Source: Giardia intestinalis
Taxonomy: Eukaryota
Reading direction: 5' to 3' (one strand)
DNA length: 64,000 nucleotides
Assembly (NCBI GenBank): GCA_000002435.2
Contig: CM018793.1
Under the pieces are notes generated by a model. That model saw only the letters and a program-made list of their open reading frames with translations. It was not told the DNA's origin and made no database searches. Positions within the stretch are counted from its first letter, which is position 1. Every line of letters begins with the position of its first letter. The position numbers were made by a program, and so were the translations under genes. This document shows positions 47,901 to 56,408 of the stretch, piece by piece.

Positions 47901-49539
47901 CTTCATGGATGGGAGTGGCCTGATCATCTGGCATGGACGCAGTTGCAATTGCAGCTGCTCGGCCAGAGGAAACGACGTGCTTCTCCTGATATTTATCAGA
48001 TGCCTCTACGCCTTCGTCTTTGCTTGTCTCTGAGTCGCTCTCCTGCAGATCATAAGGCACCAAAAGATCATAGTTTCCAAAGAGATCTAGGTACTCTTCA
48101 GAATCAGTATCCTCATCTGCAGTTTTGTCTGTATTAGCCGGAACAGCCCCAGAGCTTGGAGTTAGACTGTGAGTAGCGTGGTCGTTGTCACCAGACGTGT
48201 GGATATCTTTAGTAAGAAACTCTCCATCTTCATAGTAATAATCGTCTTTAAAGTACAGTCTGTCATTTTCAGTTCCTTCGTGATGCTCATCATAGTGTCC
48301 TGTGCTAGTAGTGCTTAGATACTTATGTGCAGAACTGCGTAAAGACTCTTCTGAGTAGTCGGCACGACTGATAATCGATCGGCTGTATCGGGGCTTTTTA
48401 TTTTTTGTTGTGCTTCTCTCGATATTCTTATCTATGGCATAGAAAACTATATCAGTTTCCGTGAACTGACTAATACTGTATAAACAATCTTTCGGCGGAA
48501 TGACCCCCATAAACGAGGCCAGGGCACTCCCCCAATACTTTGACCCGATTGCTGAGGGATACAGACGCTTTGTGTCTCCATCTCGGAGCGTCAGTACCAA
48601 GGGCCCTGTAGCCACGCCGATGCTTATGGGATTGACGACGTTATGAACATCATCCCCTTCGAGGGTCGATATCTCTTCGATTTCTCCCGGAGTACATCGA
48701 AGTATTTCCTCACCATCTTCGTTGAGTATCAGAAGAAGCTCATTGGTGATCACTAGTCTGTATTCTTTCCTGGAAAGTACCCCCGGCATCTCAACAACTG
48801 CTTGGATAAGAAGCCTACTTGATTCCAAGCACGCTATTTGAGACGGAGTCAGCAAAGGATCGCTCTTGAACGCGGGATATAGGTAAGGAGGTATGCCTCC
48901 TGGAGCGCAGTATCCAACGGCAACTATTGGAAGCTGGCCGGTGTACGTTTGCGGATTCGGCCAACCGGGCGGCGCTGCTGGTTTGAGCGCAGTTATCTCT
49001 CGCTGTATACGTTGCCGTCTTTGAGAAAAGCTCTCCTCCTGTGGGTCATTGGCTATGTTTTTGTTCTTCGTCCAGATAACAAGAAAGTTATAAAAGCGAT
49101 CTATTTCCCTGGGGTCGTCGTGCAAAAATATGTCTATCCCAGAACTAGTAATTACTCCAAGACCAGGGAGAAACTTTGGGCCACAGGCGAACGCTAAATC
49201 ACAAATCGCGGACTTTCTGTAGCTCTTCTTCCCAGAAGAGAGCTGTTGATTCGTGACGTCATCATAGTATGCAAAAAGTGTTTCTGTAATGATGACATAA
49301 CGCTCTGTCCCAAGACTCTTACTCTTGTGTCTCTTAAAGAACCAACCTTGAAACAAGATGGGCTCTCCATCACAAAACTCCAGCCCTTTGGGGTTCTGGG
49401 GAAGCTTCTTCCTACTTAAGAACGCTGTGTCAGACCACCATGACATGGCTTTCCGATTACAGGTGGATTGATAATTTTTTAAAATGGGCCAGGTTGTTCC
49501 CAGTAATGTTGAAACATTCGGAACACTTATTGTTGTCAT
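44950..49539 (-). CDS. Large hypothetical protein (1529 aa) with an N-terminal PH-domain-like segment and acidic low-complexity stretches.
   Basis: The N-terminus LFQGWFFKRHKSKSLGTERYVIITETLFAYY fits the PH-domain beta1-beta2 pattern. The remainder is unassignable by eye. Confidence 0.55.
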   Translation of the reverse strand: MTTISVPNVSTLLGTTWPILKNYQSTCNRKAMSWWSDTAFLSRKKLPQNPKGLEFCDGEPILFQGWFFKRHKSKSLGTERYVIITETLFAYYDDVTNQQLSSGKKSYRKSAICDLAFACGPKFLPGLGVITSSGIDIFLHDDPREIDRFYNFLVIWTKNKNIANDPQEESFSQRRQRIQREITALKPAAPPGWPNPQTYTGQLPIVAVGYCAPGGIPPYLYPAFKSDPLLTPSQIACLESSRLLIQAVVEMPGVLSRKEYRLVITNELLLILNEDGEEILRCTPGEIEEISTLEGDDVHNVVNPISIGVATGPLVLTLRDGDTKRLYPSAIGSKYWGSALASFMGVIPPKDCLYSISQFTETDIVFYAIDKNIERSTTKNKKPRYSRSIISRADYSEESLRSSAHKYLSTTSTGHYDEHHEGTENDRLYFKDDYYYEDGEFLTKDIHTSGDNDHATHSLTPSSGAVPANTDKTADEDTDSEEYLDLFGNYDLLVPYDLQESDSETSKDEGVEASDKYQEKHVVSSGRAAAIATASMPDDQATPIHEAPSAMNDRLSAKNYADKLLSFSSNNPTESSTTTGLKYTESRENLADVLQTTAGNIKTLAISRLEQIPSISGSQCISSIPSVANVGSGPNAVKQKRQKRFQFTSKLERRRIQVAKQNDKILCDIETRYHDSSESESSTEYYSGSETESDVDLPTDLARIQEASVLYAISSLRYCFVDPDRYQTPELNTWELLCPAYAPEDALIRAGDSKFAVRFNLPDKLKRTDEAAQVRRKILRGYTIPLHEHHNQTITVKEIDEAFGRTDEFLEKLEVILPPDLDPALMGVPYPPHNIIDKYSLQARNELTEEYNKSLQCYKEMLWLSSFIITTEQELLESDDEDSGDSEISGNSSSSAKDQRQRSTHKRVLHNMDSIPQFDYGKKISTAEEYPNSYLLKPDHRVTLKTVMENCPTYFEYQLCLTKHYTIIDLYKMLLWYATNVGVYLSRKLRIYTASQAISAACIADTVKELEFDTVTAAAADMMILDSLILANDADVLIDTMVSTAERMTESGRERNATEIAMSGMGGLENLSVQRDHEIFAYFGHNLHIFGANEQIRRASRLILAVFISRLETRLIQQWNEYFLDIVSIDEFCLAYEKASNYIKSTGTEYMEILAPQHAWHLLGLCFEIIDQYALLHIKRGARLVRHHESLINKEVCKIVIDYSSVEKYFNFLTLLTNTCGKEAVESLLGNSQHLCAAQTSLHDSGVDYVALKPMHELTSCSWEYSCETGIFRFCDRSSDSQTVTNLGLDNGMFRWRGYVLERIRGARPDFHTAISCFAIWLNAMILFCSLKHGSALNLMRAFMLETTGAYDKYTDVTSKLLTNRQIVDKLPVIIVEYLWGDSKPTVSVSVNNAVVYSASYDTRVPTIVHFYMMLYPFVDSRHVLSHIPVTAEQYRLLTYNAPLDAEFIAERKKEDAEDEEGLLKCGPPSNRPLINKEIELSFASKVFNVTFNELDTAELTESTLRSRNNDLSSSRIQRESRASLAISP

Positions 49540-49948
49540 AGCAATCGTTTTCTACACACTCCTCTTCGCTGGCACACTACAGTTCCTATATCTTAGGAAG
49601 AAGAGTTTCGCAAAGATAATCAAAAGGCGTGCTTTTCGGTATCCAATGGATTACCGCATGAATTGTATCGCAAGGAGAATGCGAGATAGCGTCAACGAGG
49701 GGATACCTGAGCTTATCATGGCACTGGATATAGGGTGTCCCGGGTCGGAGCCATATGCGAGCAGACGCGACAGGTTGCAGAAGAGCTCTCTCCCCCAATC
49801 ACTCGCAGATTTTCTTACATATGGTTTTCTTGCTGATGACCTAACGGAAGATGAATATCACTACATAGAAAAAGTCGTCCAAAGCACGACTGCAATACAA
49901 CACAAAATCCAGGCCCCGGCGCGAAAAGCCGCAAATGACAATAATTAG
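49484..49948 (+). CDS. Small membrane-anchored hypothetical protein (154 aa).
   Basis: N-terminal TM TLIVVIAIVFYTLLFAGTLQFLYL followed by a basic stretch. The first 56 nt overlap the 5' end of the divergent 1529-aa gene. Confidence 0.4.
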   Translation: MGQVVPSNVETFGTLIVVIAIVFYTLLFAGTLQFLYLRKKSFAKIIKRRAFRYPMDYRMNCIARRMRDSVNEGIPELIMALDIGCPGSEPYASRRDRLQKSSLPQSLADFLTYGFLADDLTEDEYHYIEKVVQSTTAIQHKIQAPARKAANDNN

Positions 49949-49956
49949 TTTACTTA

Positions 49957-52900
49957 TTAAAGAGCTGATATAGTACGAGTGGAGTCTGAGACACGCAAGT
50001 AAGATCCACTTGCGGCCATAGCGGATTTTGACTGGCATGGAAGGTGTACCTTGCCACATGATGCCAGTCCAAAGTATATGACTAAAGCCCCGACAATCAG
50101 CAAGAGGATGAGGAGAGTGATAGTGGGAGCAACCGAAATGTCCCCTGACCTCCTCAAAGAGTCATTAGAATTATAGGGAACACGGTTCCAGTTGGAGTGT
50201 CGCTCAACGCACTGGTTATCAAGCGAGTAGAATCCTTGTGCACAGACACAGCGGCTGATTCCAGACACAGCGGTGCATGTTCCAATCTTTGGGTCATTGC
50301 ACTTCTGGCTTGGTCCCCGGCAAAACGGAATGGCACAGGTCAAGCCAGCAGTTCCTAGACCACATTTGCATGTGTTCTCTGTCGTATCACATGTGCTAGG
50401 GTCGCTAGAGTCAAAGGTCACACAATCCTTGTCTGCGCCACACTTGATACAGAGGAAGTCTTTAGAAACTGGAACGCCCCTTGAACATGTGACAATTCCT
50501 GGGAAAGAGCTCTTACAGGCACTCAGCCCCAGGCATTCATTGACGGTCCGCTTTGGAACCGGCAAGGTATTGTAGGCATTGTCTAGCTTATTTTTCCATA
50601 GACACTCCGAGCCGTTAGTCCAGCAGCCATAAGTATACGTGCACACAGGTATAGACAAAGTGTAAGTAGAAGTAAACAAAGTTCTAGATGCTGATAAGGT
50701 TGGAAGTTGTGTTAAGACAGGAAGTAAATTAGCTGTTACATTATATCGATTGGGCTTAGCAGTTGTTTGAATGACATTTGTCCATTTGGCATACGGTGTA
50801 TTCGTCTTGAGGTCTGTCTCCGTATGATAAGAGACTCCATTGGTGTAATTAGTGTTTGTGGGGATAACGTCTTCTGTGCTTGTCGAAGGCAGGGGACTGT
50901 CATCTGGTGTCTCCCCATCTGTTTTGTATGCTATACACCCTAGTATGCGCATTTTATTATCCTGCTTAGTTCCTTTCTTAAGATAGTACTGACTAGCGTT
51001 GCCGCAGAATCCACGAGGTACATATGCAGGCGTCGCCTCTGTGGAAAGGCTTATCTTAGTGAGAGCCAGATTGTAAGAAAAGTTAGTGTTGCTGTAAAGG
51101 TAGCCTGCAAATCGCCCACAGTTTTTGTTTTCCTTATTCAATATGAGCTCAGTCTCGGAGTACGACTGTCCAATATAGGTGTCTCCCGTAGAAGCAGTGA
51201 AGCCGCCTACCAGCAGAGGCTTGGCGCTCGAATCGGTCACCTCATCGACCAGCGTAATCTTTGCTCTAGTCCACGATGCCACGACCTCAGCCCCCATGCG
51301 GCACGAACCAGCGAAACCGCCAACATAGGACAACCTCTTTGTCGATGCTGCTTTACGCGTGAGGGAGACTGCTTTAATGATTGCAAAGCTAGTGGTGGCA
51401 GTTGAGTTGCGAATACTTCCAGCAATTCCACCATAGGATATGCCGGAACTCGAAGACACCGTAGTCGAGTTAACATTTGCATACGACTCTTTGAGGCTGG
51501 AATGATTGGTGAGGCTCCCGACTGCTCCTCCAACAAAGGAGTATAGTAGGCTCTGTGCTTCATCACTGCTTACCTTCATGGTGCCAATATTGGCAAGTGA
51601 GCTATCGATGTGGGCGGAGAGGCAAAGCCCGACAATGCCACCTGTATACCCGCCGTTGTTACGTGCGTTGACAATAAAATTCGTTGAGTAGTGATGGCAA
51701 CTGCTTACGCGCCCCAACTTAAGATCGCCAATGAGGCCACCAACTGAAAGGTATAGGTCTAGCAGCGGTTCAGCGCCGCCGGTACTGGGTACTGAGACAG
51801 AATAATTGTCGATCGTCGAGCCGCACCTTATAATGCTCCCGCCACTATCCACATCCGACTCGTAGGTCATGTCATTGACATAGACGGCAAAGCTCACTAC
51901 TCGTCCTGCAAGCCCACCAGACACGATAGCACCCTTTCCTTCAGCAGAAAGCGTGGACACACGTGCATATACGCGATAGAGCTCAAAATATTCTGACAAC
52001 GCCTTACGCTCGACGCTGCCTATGGCGCCTCCAACGACAGTTAGATAAACTGCGGCGGAGTCTATGATAGTCTTGTTCGAATTGGCACTAACACTGTAGG
52101 CTGCTGCAGATACTGCTGTAAATATGCCGCCATTGGTGTAGCCAACAGCGCCACCTACGTGGCACATCTGCACGCTATGGACGGACACATTCATGGAGGT
52201 GGACCCTTCATTAAGGTCACTGTTCTCCATCCACCCGGCTAATCCACCAGCGTAGCAGATCGAGGCATAGTAGCACCCTACCGTCCCTATACTATGCGTC
52301 GCCAGATTCCCAGACACCCTGGTGTCGTCTGCAGTAGACCGAAGCATCCCTACGATTCCCCCGACTATGCAGTTGCTGGCGCTGTCAGCACCGTCAGTGC
52401 CGTAGCAGTTGACGCTATCCCACGAAGTATTGACGTTCTTGAGCTGGGCAGCCACACCCACGAAGCCTCCGACCATAGCACTGGTTGCCGTCCCAATATC
52501 TACCCTGAGACCAAGTCCAAGCGCGGCCGAAGTGCTTACCATGCGGGACCCTTCCGCAGAACCTATGGCACCGCCAACAATAAGCGTCTTTGTGTTATGG
52601 GCCGACACATTCAAGCCAGAAAGGCTATCAACCCTGATCGAGCTAACGCGCTGGGACCCGCCGACTGATCCGAAGATAGACCCAACCGTCAGCGGAGCCG
52701 AGGAGCGGGAGTAGACAGTAAGATTGGCCTTACTGAAGACATTCTCAAATGTGTGTGCCTCCAGGAGAACACTCCCTATGAGTCCACCAACAAACATGGG
52801 CTGTCCATCTGAGTTTGCCTGCAAGGAATTTATGGTTATCTTGGCCGATCCAGAGCTGTCCGAGAGCAACGCGACGTTGTACAAGTACGGATCAACCGCG

Positions 52901-53268
52901 TCGCCAGCAAGAAAGCCAAAGCTCCTTATGGAGCCAGGCAGAGTAATCTGGTTCTCTAGGACGATACTCAAATTAAAAACCTGGCCTCTACGGATGGTAG
53001 CGAAAAATCCAAAATCTTCATAGCTTTCACCAATCTCGAGAGATGATATCAGCAACGAATTACCGTTTCCGTCAAGGCTCCCGGAGAACTCCTTAATGGG
53101 GATGTGGGTGCGCGGAACTGTAATATTCTGTTCCATCTTAAAATCGCAGCAGGGACAGGCGCGTATCTGTGCCAGATCACTCTCCGTCGAGAGGGACACA
53201 ATATCGGCCTTGGGAATGCAGGCGCCCAGTGTTGTGGCCAGGATCGCAGCGAGTGCACGCACCCACAT
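49957..53268 (-). CDS. Surface protein with a glycine-rich repeat array: signal peptide, about 15 degenerate GG[LAIF][IVA]G-centred repeats (about 35-50 aa each), an EGF-like Cys-rich module, a TM and a cytoplasmic tail.
   Basis: Signal peptide MWVRALAAILATTLGA. Repeats GGLIGS, GGAIGS, GGFVGV, GGIVGM, GGLAGW, GGAVGY, GGAIGS, GGLAGR, GGLIGD, GGIVGL, GGAVGS, GGIAGS, GGFAGS. Cys module CKCGLGTAGLTCAIPFCRG...CVCAQGFYSLDNQC. TM ITLLILLLIVGALVIYFGLA. Confidence 0.6.
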   Translation of the reverse strand: MWVRALAAILATTLGACIPKADIVSLSTESDLAQIRACPCCDFKMEQNITVPRTHIPIKEFSGSLDGNGNSLLISSLEIGESYEDFGFFATIRRGQVFNLSIVLENQITLPGSIRSFGFLAGDAVDPYLYNVALLSDSSGSAKITINSLQANSDGQPMFVGGLIGSVLLEAHTFENVFSKANLTVYSRSSAPLTVGSIFGSVGGSQRVSSIRVDSLSGLNVSAHNTKTLIVGGAIGSAEGSRMVSTSAALGLGLRVDIGTATSAMVGGFVGVAAQLKNVNTSWDSVNCYGTDGADSASNCIVGGIVGMLRSTADDTRVSGNLATHSIGTVGCYYASICYAGGLAGWMENSDLNEGSTSMNVSVHSVQMCHVGGAVGYTNGGIFTAVSAAAYSVSANSNKTIIDSAAVYLTVVGGAIGSVERKALSEYFELYRVYARVSTLSAEGKGAIVSGGLAGRVVSFAVYVNDMTYESDVDSGGSIIRCGSTIDNYSVSVPSTGGAEPLLDLYLSVGGLIGDLKLGRVSSCHHYSTNFIVNARNNGGYTGGIVGLCLSAHIDSSLANIGTMKVSSDEAQSLLYSFVGGAVGSLTNHSSLKESYANVNSTTVSSSSGISYGGIAGSIRNSTATTSFAIIKAVSLTRKAASTKRLSYVGGFAGSCRMGAEVVASWTRAKITLVDEVTDSSAKPLLVGGFTASTGDTYIGQSYSETELILNKENKNCGRFAGYLYSNTNFSYNLALTKISLSTEATPAYVPRGFCGNASQYYLKKGTKQDNKMRILGCIAYKTDGETPDDSPLPSTSTEDVIPTNTNYTNGVSYHTETDLKTNTPYAKWTNVIQTTAKPNRYNVTANLLPVLTQLPTLSASRTLFTSTYTLSIPVCTYTYGCWTNGSECLWKNKLDNAYNTLPVPKRTVNECLGLSACKSSFPGIVTCSRGVPVSKDFLCIKCGADKDCVTFDSSDPSTCDTTENTCKCGLGTAGLTCAIPFCRGPSQKCNDPKIGTCTAVSGISRCVCAQGFYSLDNQCVERHSNWNRVPYNSNDSLRRSGDISVAPTITLLILLLIVGALVIYFGLASCGKVHLPCQSKSAMAASGSYLRVSDSTRTISAL

Positions 53269-53588
53269 TTTATTTCCGAAGGAATGAATTAATTATAATA
53301 TCTTCAAGAAGACAAACCCATTGACCGTTGATTTTAGTAAGACGCTGCAGAGGGGCCACTAGCCCTTCTGTTGTAGAGAATGCCAAGTTCAGCTTCGAGT
53401 TTTTTTGAAGTATACGTTCTTCATAAGTACGACCCCTGATCAAAGGACTTCAGGTGAAGAACGTGACAAGCATCATTAGTGTAGAGGGCCATGGGGTAGA
53501 CTAGAATATTTCATGTTGCTTGAATAGAACAAGTATAATGCTATTGAAATATGTAAAGCGTGCAAGAGGGCGTGCTTCGTTTCTCTAA

Positions 53589-54869
53589 TCACAATGTGTT
53601 TGCTGAAAGATGACTGTCAGTGAGGGTGTTGACCACAGGAAGCAACTGCTTAACCGCAATATTGTTTTTATCCAAAACCTGGCGCATGGCACTGATGCTT
53701 CCTTGACTATTTCTCTGTAGCGCAATATCAATCGCTGTTTGCCCTTCATCATCTGCCATTAGAGGGTCGCATCCAAATTCCAGCAACATCTGCACCGAGG
53801 CAGGGTCTTCTTGAAGTGCTGCATAGTGGAGCGGGGTCCTCTTCCTGTGATCCTGGATATTGCATGCAAAACCTCCGCCGTGGCAAAGTACAAATCGTAG
53901 CGCCTCCGTATATCCCGAGGCGGCCACAAGATGAAGTGGATAGGTTTTCTTTCCTCGGGTTCTGCTGTGCTCTAAACTCCCCAGTAGCTCCGGAGTCACG
54001 GAGTGAAGTACCATGAGGCTGTTCGAGTCTCCGTTTTTGCAAGCATAATGGATGGGCAAGTAGCCTTCAGATGAATAAGTGAATTCGGTAATGCCAGAAA
54101 TATCTAAGAGAAGTTTCAATAAATCTGTGCTGCGGTTAATGGCTGCAATGTGAAAAACCGTTTGATTGTCTGGTGTCGTAGATTGAAAGTATTCTGTTAG
54201 ATTGCTCGTGCGGAAATATGTATCTAAAAAAGAGGGTGTACCTTGTCGTGGTGTGGTTGCTTCGTCTGAAAGTAAGGGTGTATACTTTGTGAATGCAACC
54301 AAATGTGATAAGATTGTTCGTGTTAAAACAGTGTTACATTCTTGGACGGCAAGCATAAGAGGTGTCCGTCCGTTTTCTGAGGTTACAGACGCCAACTGTG
54401 GATTCCACGAAAGAAGTATGTTAACTATATCGACCATAGATTGGTAGTCGCGATGTCTGCATGCGTTATGGATGCATGTATATCCATTATTGTCCCGAAC
54501 TAGTGGATTGACCCCAAACTTCAGCAACATCTGGACCATTGTGGAGTCCCCATTTAGCACTGCTATATGCAGGGCAGTTTGTCCCTGTGCATTCACTGAA
54601 TTGCAGATTTCAACCCGCTCAAACTTCGAAATTGTGATATAATTCATCAACGATTGCACGTCAGCCGCTGCCTTTCTAAGAACACAGTGATGTAGTACAT
54701 GATTTCCTTCCACGTCATGATATCTAAAAAGGGCTTGTGGGTTTTTCCTCGCCTGTCTTAGAGTGTACCGGAACAGCAGCCCTCCCCGCTTAGACCCATG
54801 AAACGCCCGGATGATATCAGAAATTCTAACGGTGCCAGCTGGAGTGGACTTTGGGGTACAAAGTGGCAT
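53589..54869 (-). CDS. Ankyrin-repeat protein (Giardia protein 21.1-like), 426 aa.
   Basis: Multiple 33-residue ankyrin units (G.TALHIAVLNGDSTMVQMLLKFGVNP, GYTCIHNACRH, KRTPLHYAALQEDPASVQMLLEFGCDP). No kinase domain. Confidence 0.8.
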   Translation of the reverse strand: MPLCTPKSTPAGTVRISDIIRAFHGSKRGGLLFRYTLRQARKNPQALFRYHDVEGNHVLHHCVLRKAAADVQSLMNYITISKFERVEICNSVNAQGQTALHIAVLNGDSTMVQMLLKFGVNPLVRDNNGYTCIHNACRHRDYQSMVDIVNILLSWNPQLASVTSENGRTPLMLAVQECNTVLTRTILSHLVAFTKYTPLLSDEATTPRQGTPSFLDTYFRTSNLTEYFQSTTPDNQTVFHIAAINRSTDLLKLLLDISGITEFTYSSEGYLPIHYACKNGDSNSLMVLHSVTPELLGSLEHSRTRGKKTYPLHLVAASGYTEALRFVLCHGGGFACNIQDHRKRTPLHYAALQEDPASVQMLLEFGCDPLMADDEGQTAIDIALQRNSQGSISAMRQVLDKNNIAVKQLLPVVNTLTDSHLSANTL

Positions 54870-54903
54870 TTTCTTATAGCAAAGTCCGGCATAGCTCGCA
54901 TAT

Positions 54904-55812
54904 TTACTTTCGCTTCGTAAGTGTTATGCCACGGCCAACGGGCCTCTTAGTCGATGGGGGAGGCTCGCTACTACTATCAGAACTAGACTCATTGTCTACA
55001 GACGCTGGTGCTACGGGAGCGCTTTCCTTTGGATGCTTTGTCTTCGATGTGGCAGAAGTCCAATTCTGATCTCTGCTACTGTCAGTGGACGTTTCTTCGC
55101 TACTGCTCTCTGTCACCTTAGAAGCGACTGCATCGGCTCCCCGAGGATTTTTCTTCCGTAATCTCTCCAGTTCTGCCTCAGGGATCCCATGGCCCCACTT
55201 TTTCTCTGGCCTGGCCTCACCTAGACCAAGCCAGCCTTTCGCTTTGTTAAATAATCCAAGTGCGCCAGTACCTATCCCTGTCTCGAGGTCCTTCTGGGCA
55301 GCAAACTCGGCCTCCTTCTTTCGGCGAATCTTTTCTGCCTCTGCTTCTTTGGCCTTCCGCTCCTCTATTGCCGCCTCCTCTGCGGCGCTGTGCATATCCA
55401 ATCGTTCGCGTACAGATCTAAGGGAGATAGGCCTATCTGCAAAGCCAAACTGCACTGTCTCGTCTAGGACAAAGAGAGCATCAAAAAGGGTTTCCCGACT
55501 ATCCAGGGGCCCGAGTTCATTAAGAAGATCAACAAGCACGGCGGCTGTGTCACTAATGTCTGCGATGTTAACATGTCGCTTACAGACTAAGGCAAGATAG
55601 TGATCGTACAGAAGCTTCCGATAAGTGCAGATAAAACCCTCTACCTCCATGGACCCCGCTGCTTTGCTCTCAACACTGAGTGAGGGGTCCTTAAGAAATC
55701 TGTACAGAGTGGTCCAGTAAGAAGTAGAGGACCCAACAGATCCAGGTATGTAAGTCCTGGAAACAGAAACTGATCCGTCTCCATCAATGAGCGACGCTGC
55801 CAGGATACTCAT
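54904..55812 (-). CDS. Longin-like (AP sigma / zeta-COP-like fold) protein with a charged, serine-rich C-terminal extension (302 aa).
   Basis: N-terminal segment ...EGFICTYRKLLYDHYLALVCKRH...LFDALFVLDETVQFGF parallels the sigma-adaptin core LIYRHYATLYFVF...LDLIFH.DKVH. The C-terminal half is a K/E/S-rich low-complexity region. Confidence 0.35.
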   Translation of the reverse strand: MSILAASLIDGDGSVSVSRTYIPGSVGSSTSYWTTLYRFLKDPSLSVESKAAGSMEVEGFICTYRKLLYDHYLALVCKRHVNIADISDTAAVLVDLLNELGPLDSRETLFDALFVLDETVQFGFADRPISLRSVRERLDMHSAAEEAAIEERKAKEAEAEKIRRKKEAEFAAQKDLETGIGTGALGLFNKAKGWLGLGEARPEKKWGHGIPEAELERLRKKNPRGADAVASKVTESSSEETSTDSSRDQNWTSATSKTKHPKESAPVAPASVDNESSSDSSSEPPPSTKRPVGRGITLTKRK

Positions 55813-55941
55813 CGCAGTCCCGCAATCTTTACAGGAAAGGTCTAAAGACTCAGTGGGTGCAAAGCCTTACTGGCGGTATATTTTTTACAGGGATTTAAAA
55901 TTTTACTAGTTGATTAACATATAAACTTAATTTGAAATCCC

Positions 55942-56397
55942 ATGAGTGAGGAGCACAAGGATCAAGGAAAGGGAAAGCCTGACCACGCCACAAACCGACA
56001 CGAGCCAACCAAGAACGATCGCAAGCCGAACAATCCGTCGTATGGAGAGCGTAAGGGCGGCCACGGCAAGGGTGGCGAGAACCAGACCGATCCTCGTTCT
56101 CGCATGCGCGGCGATCAAAACGACCGTACCGCTAAGCAGGAGGAATGGGAGAGACAGAGGCAGGAGCGCTTTGATGAAAAGCAGAAGGAGATAGAGGATA
56201 TGAATGCAGAGAATGAGGGGCGCCTGACCTACGCCAAATTCAAGGAGAGTAATGCGATGTTCAGCGTTACTGCTGCGTCAGCTGTCAAGATCGAAAAGCA
56301 TGGAAAGCTCCCGGCAGATCTCATGGAGCTCCTCAACAAGCGCCCCCCGAAGCGCAAGGAACACATTTTGGGCGGCTGTGTCATCAAGCCAGAGTAA
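55942..56397 (+). CDS. Small, highly charged (K/E/R/D-rich) hypothetical protein (151 aa).
   Basis: ORF with the AT-rich initiator tract ttaacatataaacttaatttgaaatccc immediately upstream. The composition suggests a nuclear or nucleolar protein. Confidence 0.45.
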   Translation: MSEEHKDQGKGKPDHATNRHEPTKNDRKPNNPSYGERKGGHGKGGENQTDPRSRMRGDQNDRTAKQEEWERQRQERFDEKQKEIEDMNAENEGRLTYAKFKESNAMFSVTAASAVKIEKHGKLPADLMELLNKRPPKRKEHILGGCVIKPE

Positions 56398-56408
56398 ACG
56401 CATGAGGT

